Origin: a virus
Taxonomy: Duplodnaviria; Caudoviricetes
Direction: 5' to 3' (one strand)
DNA length: 54,965 bases
Virus record (IMG/VR): IMGVR_UViG_3300044613_005025
Coordinates: 1 to 54,965 of that record
The notes beneath the pieces were generated by a model. That model saw nothing but the letters and a program-made list of their open reading frames with translations. It made no database searches and was not told the DNA's origin. Made by a program: the position numbers and the translations under genes. This document shows, one piece after another, positions 37,601 to 47,786 of the stretch (its first letter is position 1; the number at the start of each line of letters is the position of its first letter).

Positions 37601-37779
37601 CCAACGGCTACGGCGGCACCGACCTGAAGACGGTGGCTGGCAAGCTCCAGGACATCGTGCAGGACGGGACGCTGCGGATGGAGATCGGCGAGCTGGGCTT
37701 CCCCACGGGCCAGTCCCTGATCGACTGGCTGAACGTGGTGAAGGAGCCGTTCAACCTCAGCTACGTGAGCCAGGACTGA
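34636..37779 (+). CDS. DUF499 AAA+ ATPase of restriction-like anti-phage system
   Basis: MGGGKTH Walker A, IFLDEL Walker B, ILRKRLF, SYPFHP, FQQTRGVIRL; C-terminal IHYTTDGS FN3-like module. Confidence 0.9.
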   Translation: MPLRDLCTPRPSVFAADRRATVLSLDTFLKGEVDGGGFFEENYFTSGMLTLVDRAFRHLSGSGAGSSVFQLSQAMGGGKTHSMISMGLLARDPNLRQEVFAQVEGGNPAPNLGGCQVVGFNGRSTDADGGIWGSIADQLGRAEQFAKYVSPLLRAPGPEAWKELLGEQPLVIFLDELPPYLEYAVAVPVGNGNLATVTTAALANLFVAVTEMPNVCLVLSDLGGTNYSGGQDNINQAVERAIQQLSGESRRIAVPITPVNPNGDELYHILRKRLFAQVAPANAIDGVAGSYREALRDAVNMGLTTTTPESLYTRIQDSYPFHPDLRELVGKFKENEGFQQTRGVIRLMQMVVSDLWNSGKAGGLDLIHPYDLDLNQDELASEVRTINPSLSEAIAHDIAHGGDAEVEVIDEANGNTDASDAARLILVASLSTTPGAIHGMREYQLVDCLQRPGRDLSAFKTNVLDKLATRAWYLHNSPDGRLFFKNQQNLAAKLRSTAQSLHNETVERMLREHLDDYFTPSLRDCFQVVKVLPPPDEVQLDQEKTTLVITRPGGQANGLPVSQDWQDWWQQQPFKNRVLFLSGSKDTYMKILDAARQSRALVSIEDDLKGENTPPDDPQWRALDSLRDRIGLQFTSALKETFDQIVYPSVNSALRGSAIDLAFAGNTNGEATIKQTLITVRKFTTEISEDSFRSYAEAKLFGSADSAVVLWADVKRAAATRTDWPLHKPSALDDLKADAIQRDRWRPEGNYVRKGPFPPPTPSIEIREGARDEEGDGRTYLQLVPLHCDSIVFESGESEPTTASSPVPSAAKFEAKGLQYKFLAFDSENPERQSEVKTWTATLRLKKQLHDRGDHYEVELLAFPRVNGVSIHYTTDGSSPIGTNAAVYDGPIRVPDNCRKVCAVAQAPAYSLTSQGIVQEIPKRGEEARTIDATRPARWQKVCKLDDSGAVWDLITRLEQNPGVLAYDVQLSAQSSDGEQIVDYSGSLANGYGGTDLKTVAGKLQDIVQDGTLRMEIGELGFPTGQSLIDWLNVVKEPFNLSYVSQD

Positions 37780-37782
37780 GCC

Positions 37783-38406
37783 ATGGCCAGAACCCCCGTG
37801 GCCACACGCAAGAGCATCGGCCTGGGCTTTGTGCCGGAGGAGAGCCGCCATGGCTTTCTGATCCACATCCCCAAGGGCACCGCCAAAGGCGACCTGATCT
37901 CGATCAGCGAGTACCGCGGCGATCGCTTCAGCGGAGCGGAGGTGACCTCCTTGCCGGCTCCCCCACCGTCGGACCCTGCCCTGCGGGTGTCGCTAGACCG
38001 AGGACGCTGGGCGGCACTTGCTCCGGCGTTCTGGGAGGAAGCCAATCGGAGGCTGCGGGCCAATGGCCTGGCAACCGCCAAGCTCACCAAGAGCCCCACC
38101 AAGCCAATCCCCGTGCATCCATCACTGGGGAAGGAACTGTGCGTGCTGTGCTGGGCGGTGGAAGAAGCCTCGATCGACGACATCCCCAATGCCCTGCGCA
38201 ACTGGGAGGCCCTGGCCCCGGAAGAGCGCTGGTGGCTCTACACGATGACGGTGGCCACAACAGGCCAGGCGATGAAGAAGGGCGTGGGATGGCGTAAGGC
38301 CCTCCGCGCCGCCATCGCCGACAACCCCTTCGTGAAGGGCGAGGGAATGCCACCCAAAGCCCGTCGTGAATTACTTGGCCACTCCCAACTAGCGCTCGAG
38401 ATCTGA
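37783..38406 (+). CDS. DUF3780 protein of restriction-like anti-phage system
   Basis: LGKELCVLCWAVE, NW..L.PEERWWLYTMT, GWRKALR. Confidence 0.88.
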   Translation: MARTPVATRKSIGLGFVPEESRHGFLIHIPKGTAKGDLISISEYRGDRFSGAEVTSLPAPPPSDPALRVSLDRGRWAALAPAFWEEANRRLRANGLATAKLTKSPTKPIPVHPSLGKELCVLCWAVEEASIDDIPNALRNWEALAPEERWWLYTMTVATTGQAMKKGVGWRKALRAAIADNPFVKGEGMPPKARRELLGHSQLALEI

Positions 38407-38407
38407 G

Positions 38408-41400
38408 ATGCAAAAAGCCTTCATCGAAACCCAATTCCCAATTGCCCGGCTCTCAGCAGAGTCGTACAAGGAGAGGAAGGCTGGATCAAGTCAAACGCTG
38501 ACTGGACTGGGCAAGTGGTGGGGGCGGAAACCGCTGATCTTGGTGCGCGCCTGCATCCTTGGGATGCTGATGCCGGCATCAAACGATCCGAAGAAAGATC
38601 GAGAGATTTTCCTCAAGATCCTCACCATGGACGACGAGGGCACATGGAACCGGCAGAAGGGTGAAATTCCTGTAAAAGCTTGGCGGGAAGCTGCTCCAGC
38701 CGCAATTCAGGATAAATACTTTGGGGCCAGTGGCTGGCAACGCGGAATTAGTGCAGAGGAAAAAGAGTTTGTCTTAGCCGAAATCTTTGAAGAACTTAGC
38801 TCCAACCAACGCAAACGCCTTGATGATCAACGTAAGCGACCAATCGCTGATCGCTCCACGTTTGACGGGTTGCCCTATGCCGAACGCATCGCTGAGTGTG
38901 AACGTCCCGAGAATGTGGCAGGCCCATCGTTGCAGGCCTGGGATCAGATTAATGCCCACCTCAGCACAACGGCTGCCAATCTCCCAGAGCTGATCGAACA
39001 ACTTGGCCAGCGCTGTTTTGGCCACACACCTCGCGTGGGCGATGCCTTCTGTGGTGGTGGATCGATCCCGTTTGAAGCGGCCCGCATCGGATGTGAAGCA
39101 TTTGGTTCAGACCTCAACCCCGTGGCGGGCTTGCTCACTTGGGCAAGTCTTAATTTACTGGGCGGATGCAAGAAAGTTCAAGACGAAGTGAGCCAAGTAC
39201 AAGAGTCCGTTTTCCGCGCCGTAGACAAACAGATCACGGACTGGGGGATTGAGCACAACGAGGCGGACGAAAGGGCAGAGGCCTTTCTCTACTGCGTAGA
39301 AGTGAAGCCTGAAGGCTGCGCCTACTACATCCCGCTAGCACCGAGCTGGGTGATTTCAGAGAAATATCGCATTGTAGCTACTTGGAATAAGTTGGAAGCG
39401 TCTGATCGGCTTGAGCCAACAGTTTTAGCCGTGAGTGAATCCGCATTGAAGCTCTACAAAGCCAAAAAGGGAGCAACAGTGGTGGATAGCCGCGTGATCG
39501 ATCCCTTTGATCCCAGCCGATCGTGGTCGATCGAAGCCTTGCGTGGGCCTGAAGGCCTGCGGCATTGGAGTAACGACGATTTAGTTCCGAGACCTGGCGA
39601 TGTGTTCCAGGAAAGGCTCTACTGCATTCGCTGGATCAACAGCCGCGGCGAACGCCGTTATGCAGCTCCCAATGCCAGTGATCTAGAGCGAGAAGCAAAG
39701 GTGCTTACGCTTCTTCAAGAGCGCTTTTCAGCCTGGCAGAGAGATGGCTTCATCCCATCTAAAGCAATCGTTAGTGGTTACAATACTGATCAACCAATCC
39801 GTGAGCGGGGCTGGACTCGTTGGCATCACCTATTTACGCCAAGACAGTTATTAATGCTGGGAGTTGCATTCCACGAGTTTTGGTCCAGAAGTGCGAACAA
39901 AGAGCTTGCAGTTTATTCACTAATCAGCATGGGATCACTATCTGATTTCAATGCTAAACTCTGCGTCTGGCAAAGTGGAATGGCAAAAAGTGGCGGGATT
40001 GGAGCTTTTGTCAATACATTCTTGAACCAGGCCCTGAATTGCCCGATGAATTACGGCTCAAGAGCAGGGTCCAGCTTCGAAGGCTGCTTTGGAAGAAAAT
40101 TAAAATTCATCCCGCAGTGCAGCAAGACAGGCAAGGTCGATTCAATAGACGCTCGAGACATCAGAGAGACATGCGACTTCTGGATCACTGATCCACCTTA
40201 TGCAGACGCAGTTAATTACCACGAACTTGCCGACTTCTTTTTATCGTGGTACGAAAAGCATTTAGCAAAAACTTTTCCCGAATGGACGGCTGATGCTCGA
40301 GCAGAACTCGCTGTAAGAGGTGACGGTGGTGAGTTCCGCCGATCAATGGTGGAGATCTATGGCAACCTTGCCAAGCACATGCCAGACACCGGCATGCAGT
40401 TAGTGACGTTCACCCACCAGAATCCGGCCGTATGGGCTGATCTTGGCATGATTCTTTGGGCGGCAGGTCTCAAGGCTACTGCTGCGTGGACCATTAGCAC
40501 TGAGACTGAAGCTGCTGGGATTAAGAAAGGAAATTACGTGCAGGGAACCGTCTGCCTTGTTCTACGCAAGCGAACAGCTGAAGGGCCTGGCTTCCTCTTC
40601 GATATTTATCCTCTCGTAGAAGATGAAGTCCGCTATCAAATCGCTTCCATGCATGCACTCGATGAATATGGCGAGCCCAATTTTAATGATTCTGACTACC
40701 AGTTGGCCGCCTACGCAGCTGCATTGAAAGTATTGACCCAGTATTCGACACTCGATGGAAGGAATGTTGCCGACGAAGTCTTTGCTGTTCGCTCCAAGAA
40801 CGAGAAAAGCGACTTCGAGCAAGTCATCGAGCGTGCCATCACCATTGCCTGCGACGCCCTCATCCCGAAAGGTCTCAGCGACTCCTGGCGCGATCTCAAC
40901 CTGATCGAGCGGTACTACCTCCGCGCTGTCGACATCGAATCCCGTGGAGAGCGCCGCAAGGGCATGTACGAAGAACTCGCCCGTGGATTTGGTGTCACCG
41001 ACATCAAGCCCCTGCTCAAGAGCGACAAGGCCAACGGCACCCGCGTGCATACCCCTTCCGGGTTTGGCACCAGCCTTCTGGCCCCCATCGACGGAGCAGT
41101 TGCAACGGCTGCTGCCCTGCCCCGCCGAGGCCGCGCGAGCAGCAGCGGCCCCCATCCCTTTGCTGCAACTCCACTCCGCCACCTGCTGTTCGCCGTCTGC
41201 GAAACCGCCGCAGCGGACAACGATCCCAACCAAGGGCGCCAGTACCTGCGAGACACCTTCGGGCAGACCTACTGGGGTCGCAGGGAAGCGATGGTGCGCC
41301 TGCTGGATTGGCTCGCCGCCCTCGGCAACTCAGAGGACACCGCTGATTGGGCCAAAGACTCAGAAGCCGCTCGCATCCTGGCCGGCCGCCTGAGGAACGA

Positions 41401-41410
41401 TGACGCCTGA
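38408..41410 (+). CDS. DUF1156 adenine DNA methyltransferase
   Basis: FIE..FP, KWWGRKPL, DAFCGGGSIPFEA, TDPPY. Confidence 0.92.
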   Translation: MQKAFIETQFPIARLSAESYKERKAGSSQTLTGLGKWWGRKPLILVRACILGMLMPASNDPKKDREIFLKILTMDDEGTWNRQKGEIPVKAWREAAPAAIQDKYFGASGWQRGISAEEKEFVLAEIFEELSSNQRKRLDDQRKRPIADRSTFDGLPYAERIAECERPENVAGPSLQAWDQINAHLSTTAANLPELIEQLGQRCFGHTPRVGDAFCGGGSIPFEAARIGCEAFGSDLNPVAGLLTWASLNLLGGCKKVQDEVSQVQESVFRAVDKQITDWGIEHNEADERAEAFLYCVEVKPEGCAYYIPLAPSWVISEKYRIVATWNKLEASDRLEPTVLAVSESALKLYKAKKGATVVDSRVIDPFDPSRSWSIEALRGPEGLRHWSNDDLVPRPGDVFQERLYCIRWINSRGERRYAAPNASDLEREAKVLTLLQERFSAWQRDGFIPSKAIVSGYNTDQPIRERGWTRWHHLFTPRQLLMLGVAFHEFWSRSANKELAVYSLISMGSLSDFNAKLCVWQSGMAKSGGIGAFVNTFLNQALNCPMNYGSRAGSSFEGCFGRKLKFIPQCSKTGKVDSIDARDIRETCDFWITDPPYADAVNYHELADFFLSWYEKHLAKTFPEWTADARAELAVRGDGGEFRRSMVEIYGNLAKHMPDTGMQLVTFTHQNPAVWADLGMILWAAGLKATAAWTISTETEAAGIKKGNYVQGTVCLVLRKRTAEGPGFLFDIYPLVEDEVRYQIASMHALDEYGEPNFNDSDYQLAAYAAALKVLTQYSTLDGRNVADEVFAVRSKNEKSDFEQVIERAITIACDALIPKGLSDSWRDLNLIERYYLRAVDIESRGERRKGMYEELARGFGVTDIKPLLKSDKANGTRVHTPSGFGTSLLAPIDGAVATAAALPRRGRASSSGPHPFAATPLRHLLFAVCETAAADNDPNQGRQYLRDTFGQTYWGRREAMVRLLDWLAALGNSEDTADWAKDSEAARILAGRLRNDDA

Positions 41411-44208
41411 TGCTCAAGCACCACTCCAGTCGCCGTAGCCGGCTCGATCAAGGCGTTCTCAACGAACGCCTGCAAGGGGCGATGAGCTACGACCGCATCG
41501 CGGGTTACTTTCGCTCCAGCCTGTTGGAGATCGCCGGTGAAGCGATCACTGGGGTGAGCGGCAAGGTGCGGATCATCTGCAACTCCGACCTGGATCCGGA
41601 TGACCTGGCCACCGCCACTGCAGCTCAGGCCGCTCTGCGCCGCAGTTGGTGCGCCGGCCAACCCGAGTTGGCGCCTCCAAATGCCCTACCCCGCTACAAG
41701 GAGCTCTACGACGCCCTACTGAGCGACAAGATCGAGATCCGAGTGTTGCCCGACACGGCATTCGGGTTGATCCACGGCAAGGCCGGCGTGATTCGTTACG
41801 CCAACGGAAGCAGCACCGCCTTTCTGGGCAGCGTCAACGAGAGCGCCAGTGCCTGGAAGCTCAACTACGAGCTGCTCTGGGAAAGCGATGAGCCAGACAC
41901 CATCGCCTGGGTGCAGGAGGAGTTCGACGCCCTCTGGAACGATCACCGAGCCCGTGATCTGGCCGACTGCCCGTTCATCCAGAACGACGTGCAGCGGATC
42001 ATCCACCGCCAGGTGGTGGAACCCGAGGCGCTGCAGAAAGTCGATGTGATGGAAGCCGCCGCTGCGGCTGCGGTGGAAACCCCGATCTACCGGCGGGAGC
42101 AGGGGCTCTGGCCCCATCAGAAGTACTTCGCCAGCCTGGCCTTGGAGCGCCATCGCCTCGGCGGTGCTCGACTGGTGCTGGCCGATCAGGTTGGCCTGGG
42201 CAAGACCATCCAGCTGGCCATGGCCGCCCTGCTGATGGGTCTGGAAGACCCAGAGGGTGGCCCGATCCTGGTGCTGGCACCCAAGCCCCTGCTGCAGCAA
42301 TGGCGTGATGAGCTGATGGAGCTCTTGCAGCTGCCATCGGCCTATTGGAACGGCCGCAGCTGGGTGGATGAAAACGATGTGGAACACCCCTCAGAAGGGG
42401 TGATGTCGCTGAGCAAATGCCCGCGCCGCATCGGCCTGGTGTCGCAGGGCCTGATCGTGCGCGGGATGCCGCAGGCGATCCGCCAGCTGCTGAACCAGCG
42501 CTACACCTGCGTGATCGTCGACGAGGCCCACCGGGCGCGGCGCCGCAATCGACCCAAGATGGATGCCGGCCAACCAGAGGTGGATGAGAAGGCAGAGCCC
42601 AACAAGCTGATGAGCTTCCTCTGCCAGATCGGCGAGAAGACCAAGAGCATGCTGCTCGCCACTGCCACCCCGGTACAGTTGCATCCGGTGGAGGCATGGG
42701 ACCTGCTCTCGATCCTCTCCAACGGCAACGAGGGAGTGCTTGGCGGAATCACCAAGACCAGCCGCTGGTTCAGTGCCTTTCGCACCATCCAGGTCGCCAC
42801 CGGCGAGCAAACCGTGCCTGCCGACGACGAGGTGGAAGGTTGGGAGTTCGTGCGCGACCCCCTGCCAGCTTCCACAGAAGACCCCGCCATCGAAAAGATC
42901 CGGCGGCAACTGCGGGCTCCAGAGAAGAAGTGGCAGTTCACCCCTGAAACGCTCGACCGGTTGCCCAATGCTATTCGCCGCGTTCAGCTGAAGAACAAGC
43001 TGCTGCCGGAGTACGGAGAGCGCTTCAACCCGCTCTTGCGCTGCATCGTTCGCCGCACCCGCAGCTACCTGGAGCAGGAGATCAACCCCGCTACCGGCAG
43101 CTACTACCTCCCCAAGGTGGAGGTGAAGCTCTTCGGGGAGGATGACAACGACGCCATCAACCTCGGCGGCTACCTCAAGGAAGCGTACGAGGAAGCCGAA
43201 AAATTCAGTGAGCTGCTGCAGAAGCGGATGCGCGGGGCTGGGTTCTTCAAGACCCTGCTGCTGCGCCGCCTGGGCAGCTCCATGGAGGCCGGCCGCAACA
43301 CCGTTGGCAAGTTGCTGAACATCTCCCCAGACACCGGCGACGACGAAGACGAGGACGACGCCGATGAAGACCTCTTCGGCAATGAGGGGCAGCCGCAGGG
43401 CTACAGCGAGTTCCGCAACTTCTCCACCGACGAGATCACGTCCCTGGAGCGCTGCCTGAACCTGCTCAAGCAAGGCGGCAACCGCGATCCCAAGCTCGAA
43501 GCCATCCTTGGCTACTTGCTCGGCACCAACCCCAATACAATCCAGCGCTGGGTGGATCGGGGTTGCATTCTCTTCTCGCAGTACTACGACACGGTGCGCT
43601 GGGTAGGTGAGCAGCTCGCCAAACACCCCGACATCCCCAGCGATCTGACCATCGGCCTCTATGCCGGCAGCAACCGCTCCGGGTTCTGGCTGGGCGGACG
43701 CTTCCAACGCTGCGACCGGACCCTGCTCAAAGACCGGGTGCGCAAGGGCGAGATCAAACTGCTGCTCGGTACAGATGCCGCCTCCGAGGGCCTCAACCTG
43801 CAGCGGCTCGGCACGCTGATCAACATCGACCTTCCCTGGAACCCAACTCGTCTGGAGCAACGCAAAGGCCGCATTCAACGCATCGGCCAAGCCCGCAACC
43901 AAGTGTGGATCGCCAACCTGCGCTACCGCGACTCCGTGGAAGACAAGGTGCACCGCGTGCTGGCTGAACGCCTGCAGGCCATCCACGAACTCTTCGGCCA
44001 GATCCCCGACACCCTCGAAGACGTTTGGGTCAAGGTGGCCCTCAACGACGAAGCCGAGATCGCCGAACTGATCGATCAGACCACTGCCACCCGCAACCCC
44101 TTCGACAAGAAGTACAGCAAGGTAGAAGATGCAGCTTGGGAGACCTGCGCATCAGTACTGAATCCGATCAGTGTGCGGGAGCTGATGGAGACTGGGTGGC
44201 AGAAATAA
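41410..44208 (+). CDS. PLD-nuclease + SNF2 helicase anti-phage protein
   Basis: IAGYF, HGKAG...GSVNES PLD motif, LADQVGLGKT, DEAH, TATP, SEGLNLQ, WNPTRLEQRKGRIQRIGQ. Confidence 0.92.
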   Translation: MLKHHSSRRSRLDQGVLNERLQGAMSYDRIAGYFRSSLLEIAGEAITGVSGKVRIICNSDLDPDDLATATAAQAALRRSWCAGQPELAPPNALPRYKELYDALLSDKIEIRVLPDTAFGLIHGKAGVIRYANGSSTAFLGSVNESASAWKLNYELLWESDEPDTIAWVQEEFDALWNDHRARDLADCPFIQNDVQRIIHRQVVEPEALQKVDVMEAAAAAAVETPIYRREQGLWPHQKYFASLALERHRLGGARLVLADQVGLGKTIQLAMAALLMGLEDPEGGPILVLAPKPLLQQWRDELMELLQLPSAYWNGRSWVDENDVEHPSEGVMSLSKCPRRIGLVSQGLIVRGMPQAIRQLLNQRYTCVIVDEAHRARRRNRPKMDAGQPEVDEKAEPNKLMSFLCQIGEKTKSMLLATATPVQLHPVEAWDLLSILSNGNEGVLGGITKTSRWFSAFRTIQVATGEQTVPADDEVEGWEFVRDPLPASTEDPAIEKIRRQLRAPEKKWQFTPETLDRLPNAIRRVQLKNKLLPEYGERFNPLLRCIVRRTRSYLEQEINPATGSYYLPKVEVKLFGEDDNDAINLGGYLKEAYEEAEKFSELLQKRMRGAGFFKTLLLRRLGSSMEAGRNTVGKLLNISPDTGDDEDEDDADEDLFGNEGQPQGYSEFRNFSTDEITSLERCLNLLKQGGNRDPKLEAILGYLLGTNPNTIQRWVDRGCILFSQYYDTVRWVGEQLAKHPDIPSDLTIGLYAGSNRSGFWLGGRFQRCDRTLLKDRVRKGEIKLLLGTDAASEGLNLQRLGTLINIDLPWNPTRLEQRKGRIQRIGQARNQVWIANLRYRDSVEDKVHRVLAERLQAIHELFGQIPDTLEDVWVKVALNDEAEIAELIDQTTATRNPFDKKYSKVEDAAWETCASVLNPISVRELMETGWQK

Positions 44209-44218
44209 ATGAGGTTAT

Positions 44219-44722
44219 TTACTTTTTGCTTGGTGGAGTTACGGCCTCACTTGGCACTGCTCGGTCAACAAGCCCCATGGGATTTGCTTGGCGCAGCCCG
44301 ATATACATAAGCCCAGCAAGAGGGAGCCATACCACAGACGCGGCAATCCCAGAGCCAACGCTCGATAAAAATGCTTTGAATCCCGTGAGAGACGAGACCT
44401 TTGAATGGATTAAGCCGATGTGCTCAGCCTCGATAGCCTTTCGAATCTCAGGCTCGGCTTTTTTCACCTCTTGTTGTCGGTATTTTTCGACTGATCTCAA
44501 TGCCTGAAGCCGAAAAAGCTGAATCTTTTCAGGCGTGGAGTGATCGCGCGACCAATTGAGGATCTCTTTTTCAGTCGCCTCTTTGCCGTTGTGCTGCTTA
44601 TAGGCCTGGAGATACGCAACTTTGGCCCTTTTGTACAAGGCGTAAGCAATTAGGCCCGGAAGATCTTCATCGTCTCCATTGACGTATTGATTATATGCAT
44701 AACTAAAAGTTCGCTGAGCCAT
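44219..44722 (-). CDS. Hypothetical protein with C-terminal TM helix
   Basis: GLIAYALYK motif; hydrophobic segment SSVGSGIAASVVWLPLAGLMYIGL; AT-rich. Confidence 0.7.
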   Translation of the reverse strand: MAQRTFSYAYNQYVNGDDEDLPGLIAYALYKRAKVAYLQAYKQHNGKEATEKEILNWSRDHSTPEKIQLFRLQALRSVEKYRQQEVKKAEPEIRKAIEAEHIGLIHSKVSSLTGFKAFLSSVGSGIAASVVWLPLAGLMYIGLRQANPMGLVDRAVPSEAVTPPSKK

Positions 44723-45112
44723 CGACGGAATGAGGATGCGCCTATGGATTTCTGCGTTGATCAGACTGAGAAGTAACGACTCCTTCTCTAACTGCCTGCC
44801 GAAATGCTTCGCGCAGACCTTCGGCAACTTGCTCATCGGTCTGGGCCTGGGGCTTCCAGTCGCTTGGGGCCTGAGGTGGCTTGGTGACGGTGGCCATTGG
44901 TGGTGGTGTGTGGTGTGTGGTGGCTTCCCCAGCGCCAAGGGCAGGCCCAGGCCGGGACTGGTGCTGTTTTGGAGGTTGAACCAAGCTGCTAGCTGTCCGT
45001 CAATCCTGGCAGTTCACAGAGTGGATGGGTGTGCAGCCTGGAGACCGTGACAAACCTGTGGCTGAGGGAGGCAGGCCGCTGTCCCCAGCATGGATATGAC
45101 TGCCCCATTGGT

Positions 45113-46225
45113 TCATGGCTGCCTGCCTCCTTCTTTATCCAACCGCACCGCCTCCTGATACTCCGCCTCGATCCCCAGCCCTGAGTCCTCGTCAGGGGTC
45201 AGCCGCTTCATGCCCACGTGGATCAGGCAGGCCAGGGCCAGATCGCTCCAGCTGCCGGGCAGGTTCTTGAGGCTGCGGCCGGTGCCGGGCTCATTGATCT
45301 GCAGCCCGCCCTGGCCCACGGCCGCCACCTCGCTGAGCACGGCAATGAAGCGCTGCTGGTCCATCCCATCGAACAGCTGGAGGGCCTGGAGGCAGTAGCT
45401 CACGGCGTCCTGCCGCAACCCCTCGGGCTGATCGGCACGCAGATCGCGGGCGGCGATGCTGCCCCGCAGCTCCTTGGCCTTGTTTGCCAGCTCGCCGTAG
45501 GGCTGGGCTTCGATCACCTGCAGCAGCAGCCGATCGGCCTCATCGCGGTGCTCCTCTGGATCGAGCTCCAGCAGCGCCTGGGCCAGGTTGAAGGTGGTGA
45601 TCAGATCGTCTGGCGCCACCTGCAGGGCCTGGCGGAACCGCGCCACACCGGCGGCAAAGGCCCCAGCAATCACCAGCAGGCTGCCCAGGCTGCGCAGGGC
45701 AAAGCTGTTCTGCGGCTCCAGCTCGATCGCCGATTCCAGGGACTGGCGAGCTTCTGCCTTGTCGCCCAGCCGCATTGCGGCCAGGGCCAGAGCCACCTGG
45801 GCATTCGCCTGGGCGTGGGCATCACCGGCGTTGGCCACCACCGCCCGGCGCAGCAGCAGGCGGGCCTCCTCCGGCTTGCCCTCTTCGCTGGCGAGCACGC
45901 CGAGGTTGTATAGGGCTTCGGGGTGCTCGGGCTGCAGCTGCAGCAGGGTTTCCAGCAGCGGCCAGGCTTCATCGAACCGGCGCTGCTGCAGCAGTGGACC
46001 GATGGAGGCCATCGCCGGGGCCTCAGGCGCCGTGGCCTCCCAGGCCACCTCGATCCGGCCGGCGGCGAACACCACCGACAGCTGCCCGCCCATGGAGGCA
46101 TAGGACTTCTGGAAGTAGTCGGTCACCGCCCGGTGAAAGGCCTCGGTGCCGGGGGTGCGGCTCCCTTCTGGCAGCAGCGAGGCATCAAAGCCGGCCTCCT
46201 CGATCGAAAACGCAGTGCCTTCCAT
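45113..46225 (-). CDS. Tetratricopeptide repeat protein
   Basis: Several TPR units (PEHPEALYNLG, PQNSFALRSLG, PDDLITTFNLA). Confidence 0.88.
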   Translation of the reverse strand: MEGTAFSIEEAGFDASLLPEGSRTPGTEAFHRAVTDYFQKSYASMGGQLSVVFAAGRIEVAWEATAPEAPAMASIGPLLQQRRFDEAWPLLETLLQLQPEHPEALYNLGVLASEEGKPEEARLLLRRAVVANAGDAHAQANAQVALALAAMRLGDKAEARQSLESAIELEPQNSFALRSLGSLLVIAGAFAAGVARFRQALQVAPDDLITTFNLAQALLELDPEEHRDEADRLLLQVIEAQPYGELANKAKELRGSIAARDLRADQPEGLRQDAVSYCLQALQLFDGMDQQRFIAVLSEVAAVGQGGLQINEPGTGRSLKNLPGSWSDLALACLIHVGMKRLTPDEDSGLGIEAEYQEAVRLDKEGGRQP

Positions 46226-47356
46226 CACGGCGTCTTCCAGACGTACCAGCGGCTCAGGCCCAGCTTCTCGGCCCAACCATCCACGATCTCCCGGTCGGGA
46301 TCCGCCGTGGTGGGCTCGGCGCGGGTGATGGCGATCAGCTCCGCTGAGCTGGTGCGCACCACCGACTAGGAGGAAGTATGGCCGGATGCTGGCGTTCGCC
46401 ACGCCCTGTCTTCCGATTCAACATTCCAGTCATAGCAAGGAGTCTACCCGATCTTCAGCGTTTGGTGAAGGAGCAGCGTCCCAGGCTCTAGCGGATCTGC
46501 GCTTCCCAACTCGCCCTCATCTTTACAAGGGGAGGGCGGCTGGTTGCCACACGAAGGGGAAGGTCCTACTTTGGGAGGGTTCAACGCACCTGCGTCCAAG
46601 CCATGAACGGCACCTAGCACAGCCATACCTCCAGATTCCGTTGCGCTTTGTCGCTCTCGCAACGGGGGATCGGTGTGTCTTGTCTGGGTCAAAAACTATT
46701 GGAAGCCAAGTCAAAACTTGGTTTTCCCAGCAGCTAACCAGGCTTGTTGAATGGCCAGGAAGTAGCTACTGGCCGGTGCCTCAAGCCCTTTTTACCTCTG
46801 TACTTGGTGTGCCAGAGTGGCTTGAACCTTGGCCTCATAGTAGGTCTTTGTTGGTATCTCTGATCATCGGTATCTCTCTTTTTGGAAAATTCCGATCCGA
46901 TCGAGAAAAGAAGGAGGCAGCTGATTTACGCCGCGCAGAGGCAGACCGAAGCCATAGAAAGCTCCAACAGACAGCTCTCAGAGCAGCTATCAGAGTTGCG
47001 GAGGCTGAGATCAGAGCTGCAGAGGCAGAAATTGCGGCTCTTGAAACGGAAGCGGGGGGAGGGGGATGAAAGCTCAGCCTTGCCACTGTCCACAACCGAA
47101 GAACCATGGAGTGCTGAGCCTTGATCTGCTTGGTCAAGCTGGGAAAGGACTACCAGTTGAAGCGCCACTCCGCCTCGGGCGGCAAGGGCGGCCGGCAGTG
47201 AGGCCACTGGTGCTCTCTAGTGCCGTTGGCGAGTGTGGTGGCCGCACCGATGGAGTGGGTGGAGCCGTTGCTGATGGGGTGAAGGCCAGGGCCGACGTCC
47301 CTCCCTGGCGTAAGGCCAGGAGCGTCGCCGGAGTTAGCACAGCGATCCCACCATCG

Positions 47357-47734
47357 ATGAGCGCCAAAGGCCCCGCTGCCCGCTCCACACGCGAGCCCTA
47401 CTTCTATCGGCTCAAGGCCGTGGTCAAGGTGGTTGATAGCGGCACGATCGACCTGGTCCTTGATCTGCGCTTCTCGCTCACCCTCCGTCCGCGGATGCGG
47501 CTCATTGTTATCGACGCACAGGAGATCCGCAGCAAGGATCCTGCTGAGAAGGCCAGGGTTCAGGAGATCCTCGCATTCGTGAACCAGATGTTCCAGCAGC
47601 CAGGCCAGGTTCTCGTGGGCAGCACCAAGGAGGAGAAGTACGGGCGGATGCTGGCCAATTGCTATCGAGAAGGCGTCCCGATCCTCTGCAGCGAACTGCT
47701 GGCCAGGGGCCTGGCAAAGGCCAATTTGCCCTGA
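47357..47734 (+). pseudogene. Thermonuclease (SNase) homolog with degenerate active site
   Basis: VVKVVDSGTID (canonical DGDT), RLIVIDAQE (canonical RL.GIDTPE), KYGRMLA, L..GLA; frame intact. Confidence 0.6.
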
Positions 47735-47786
47735 ACTATCGGCATCGCCTGGTCGGGCCGCAACCCTTCCTGGTCGACTCCGAGCA

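Noticed and set aside
42391-43986. Long antisense ORFs (531 aa here; also 30898-32010, 22776-23753, 29842-30765)
   Set aside because: Shadow frames opposite well-supported genes in GC-rich DNA, with no motifs
46380-46402. attC-like right end (GATGCTGGCGTTCGCC)
   Set aside because: No matching left arm found
46386-47069. 227-aa ORF with TM segment and coiled coil
   Set aside because: No clear start or RBS and a low-complexity tail; may be a remnant but cannot be supported
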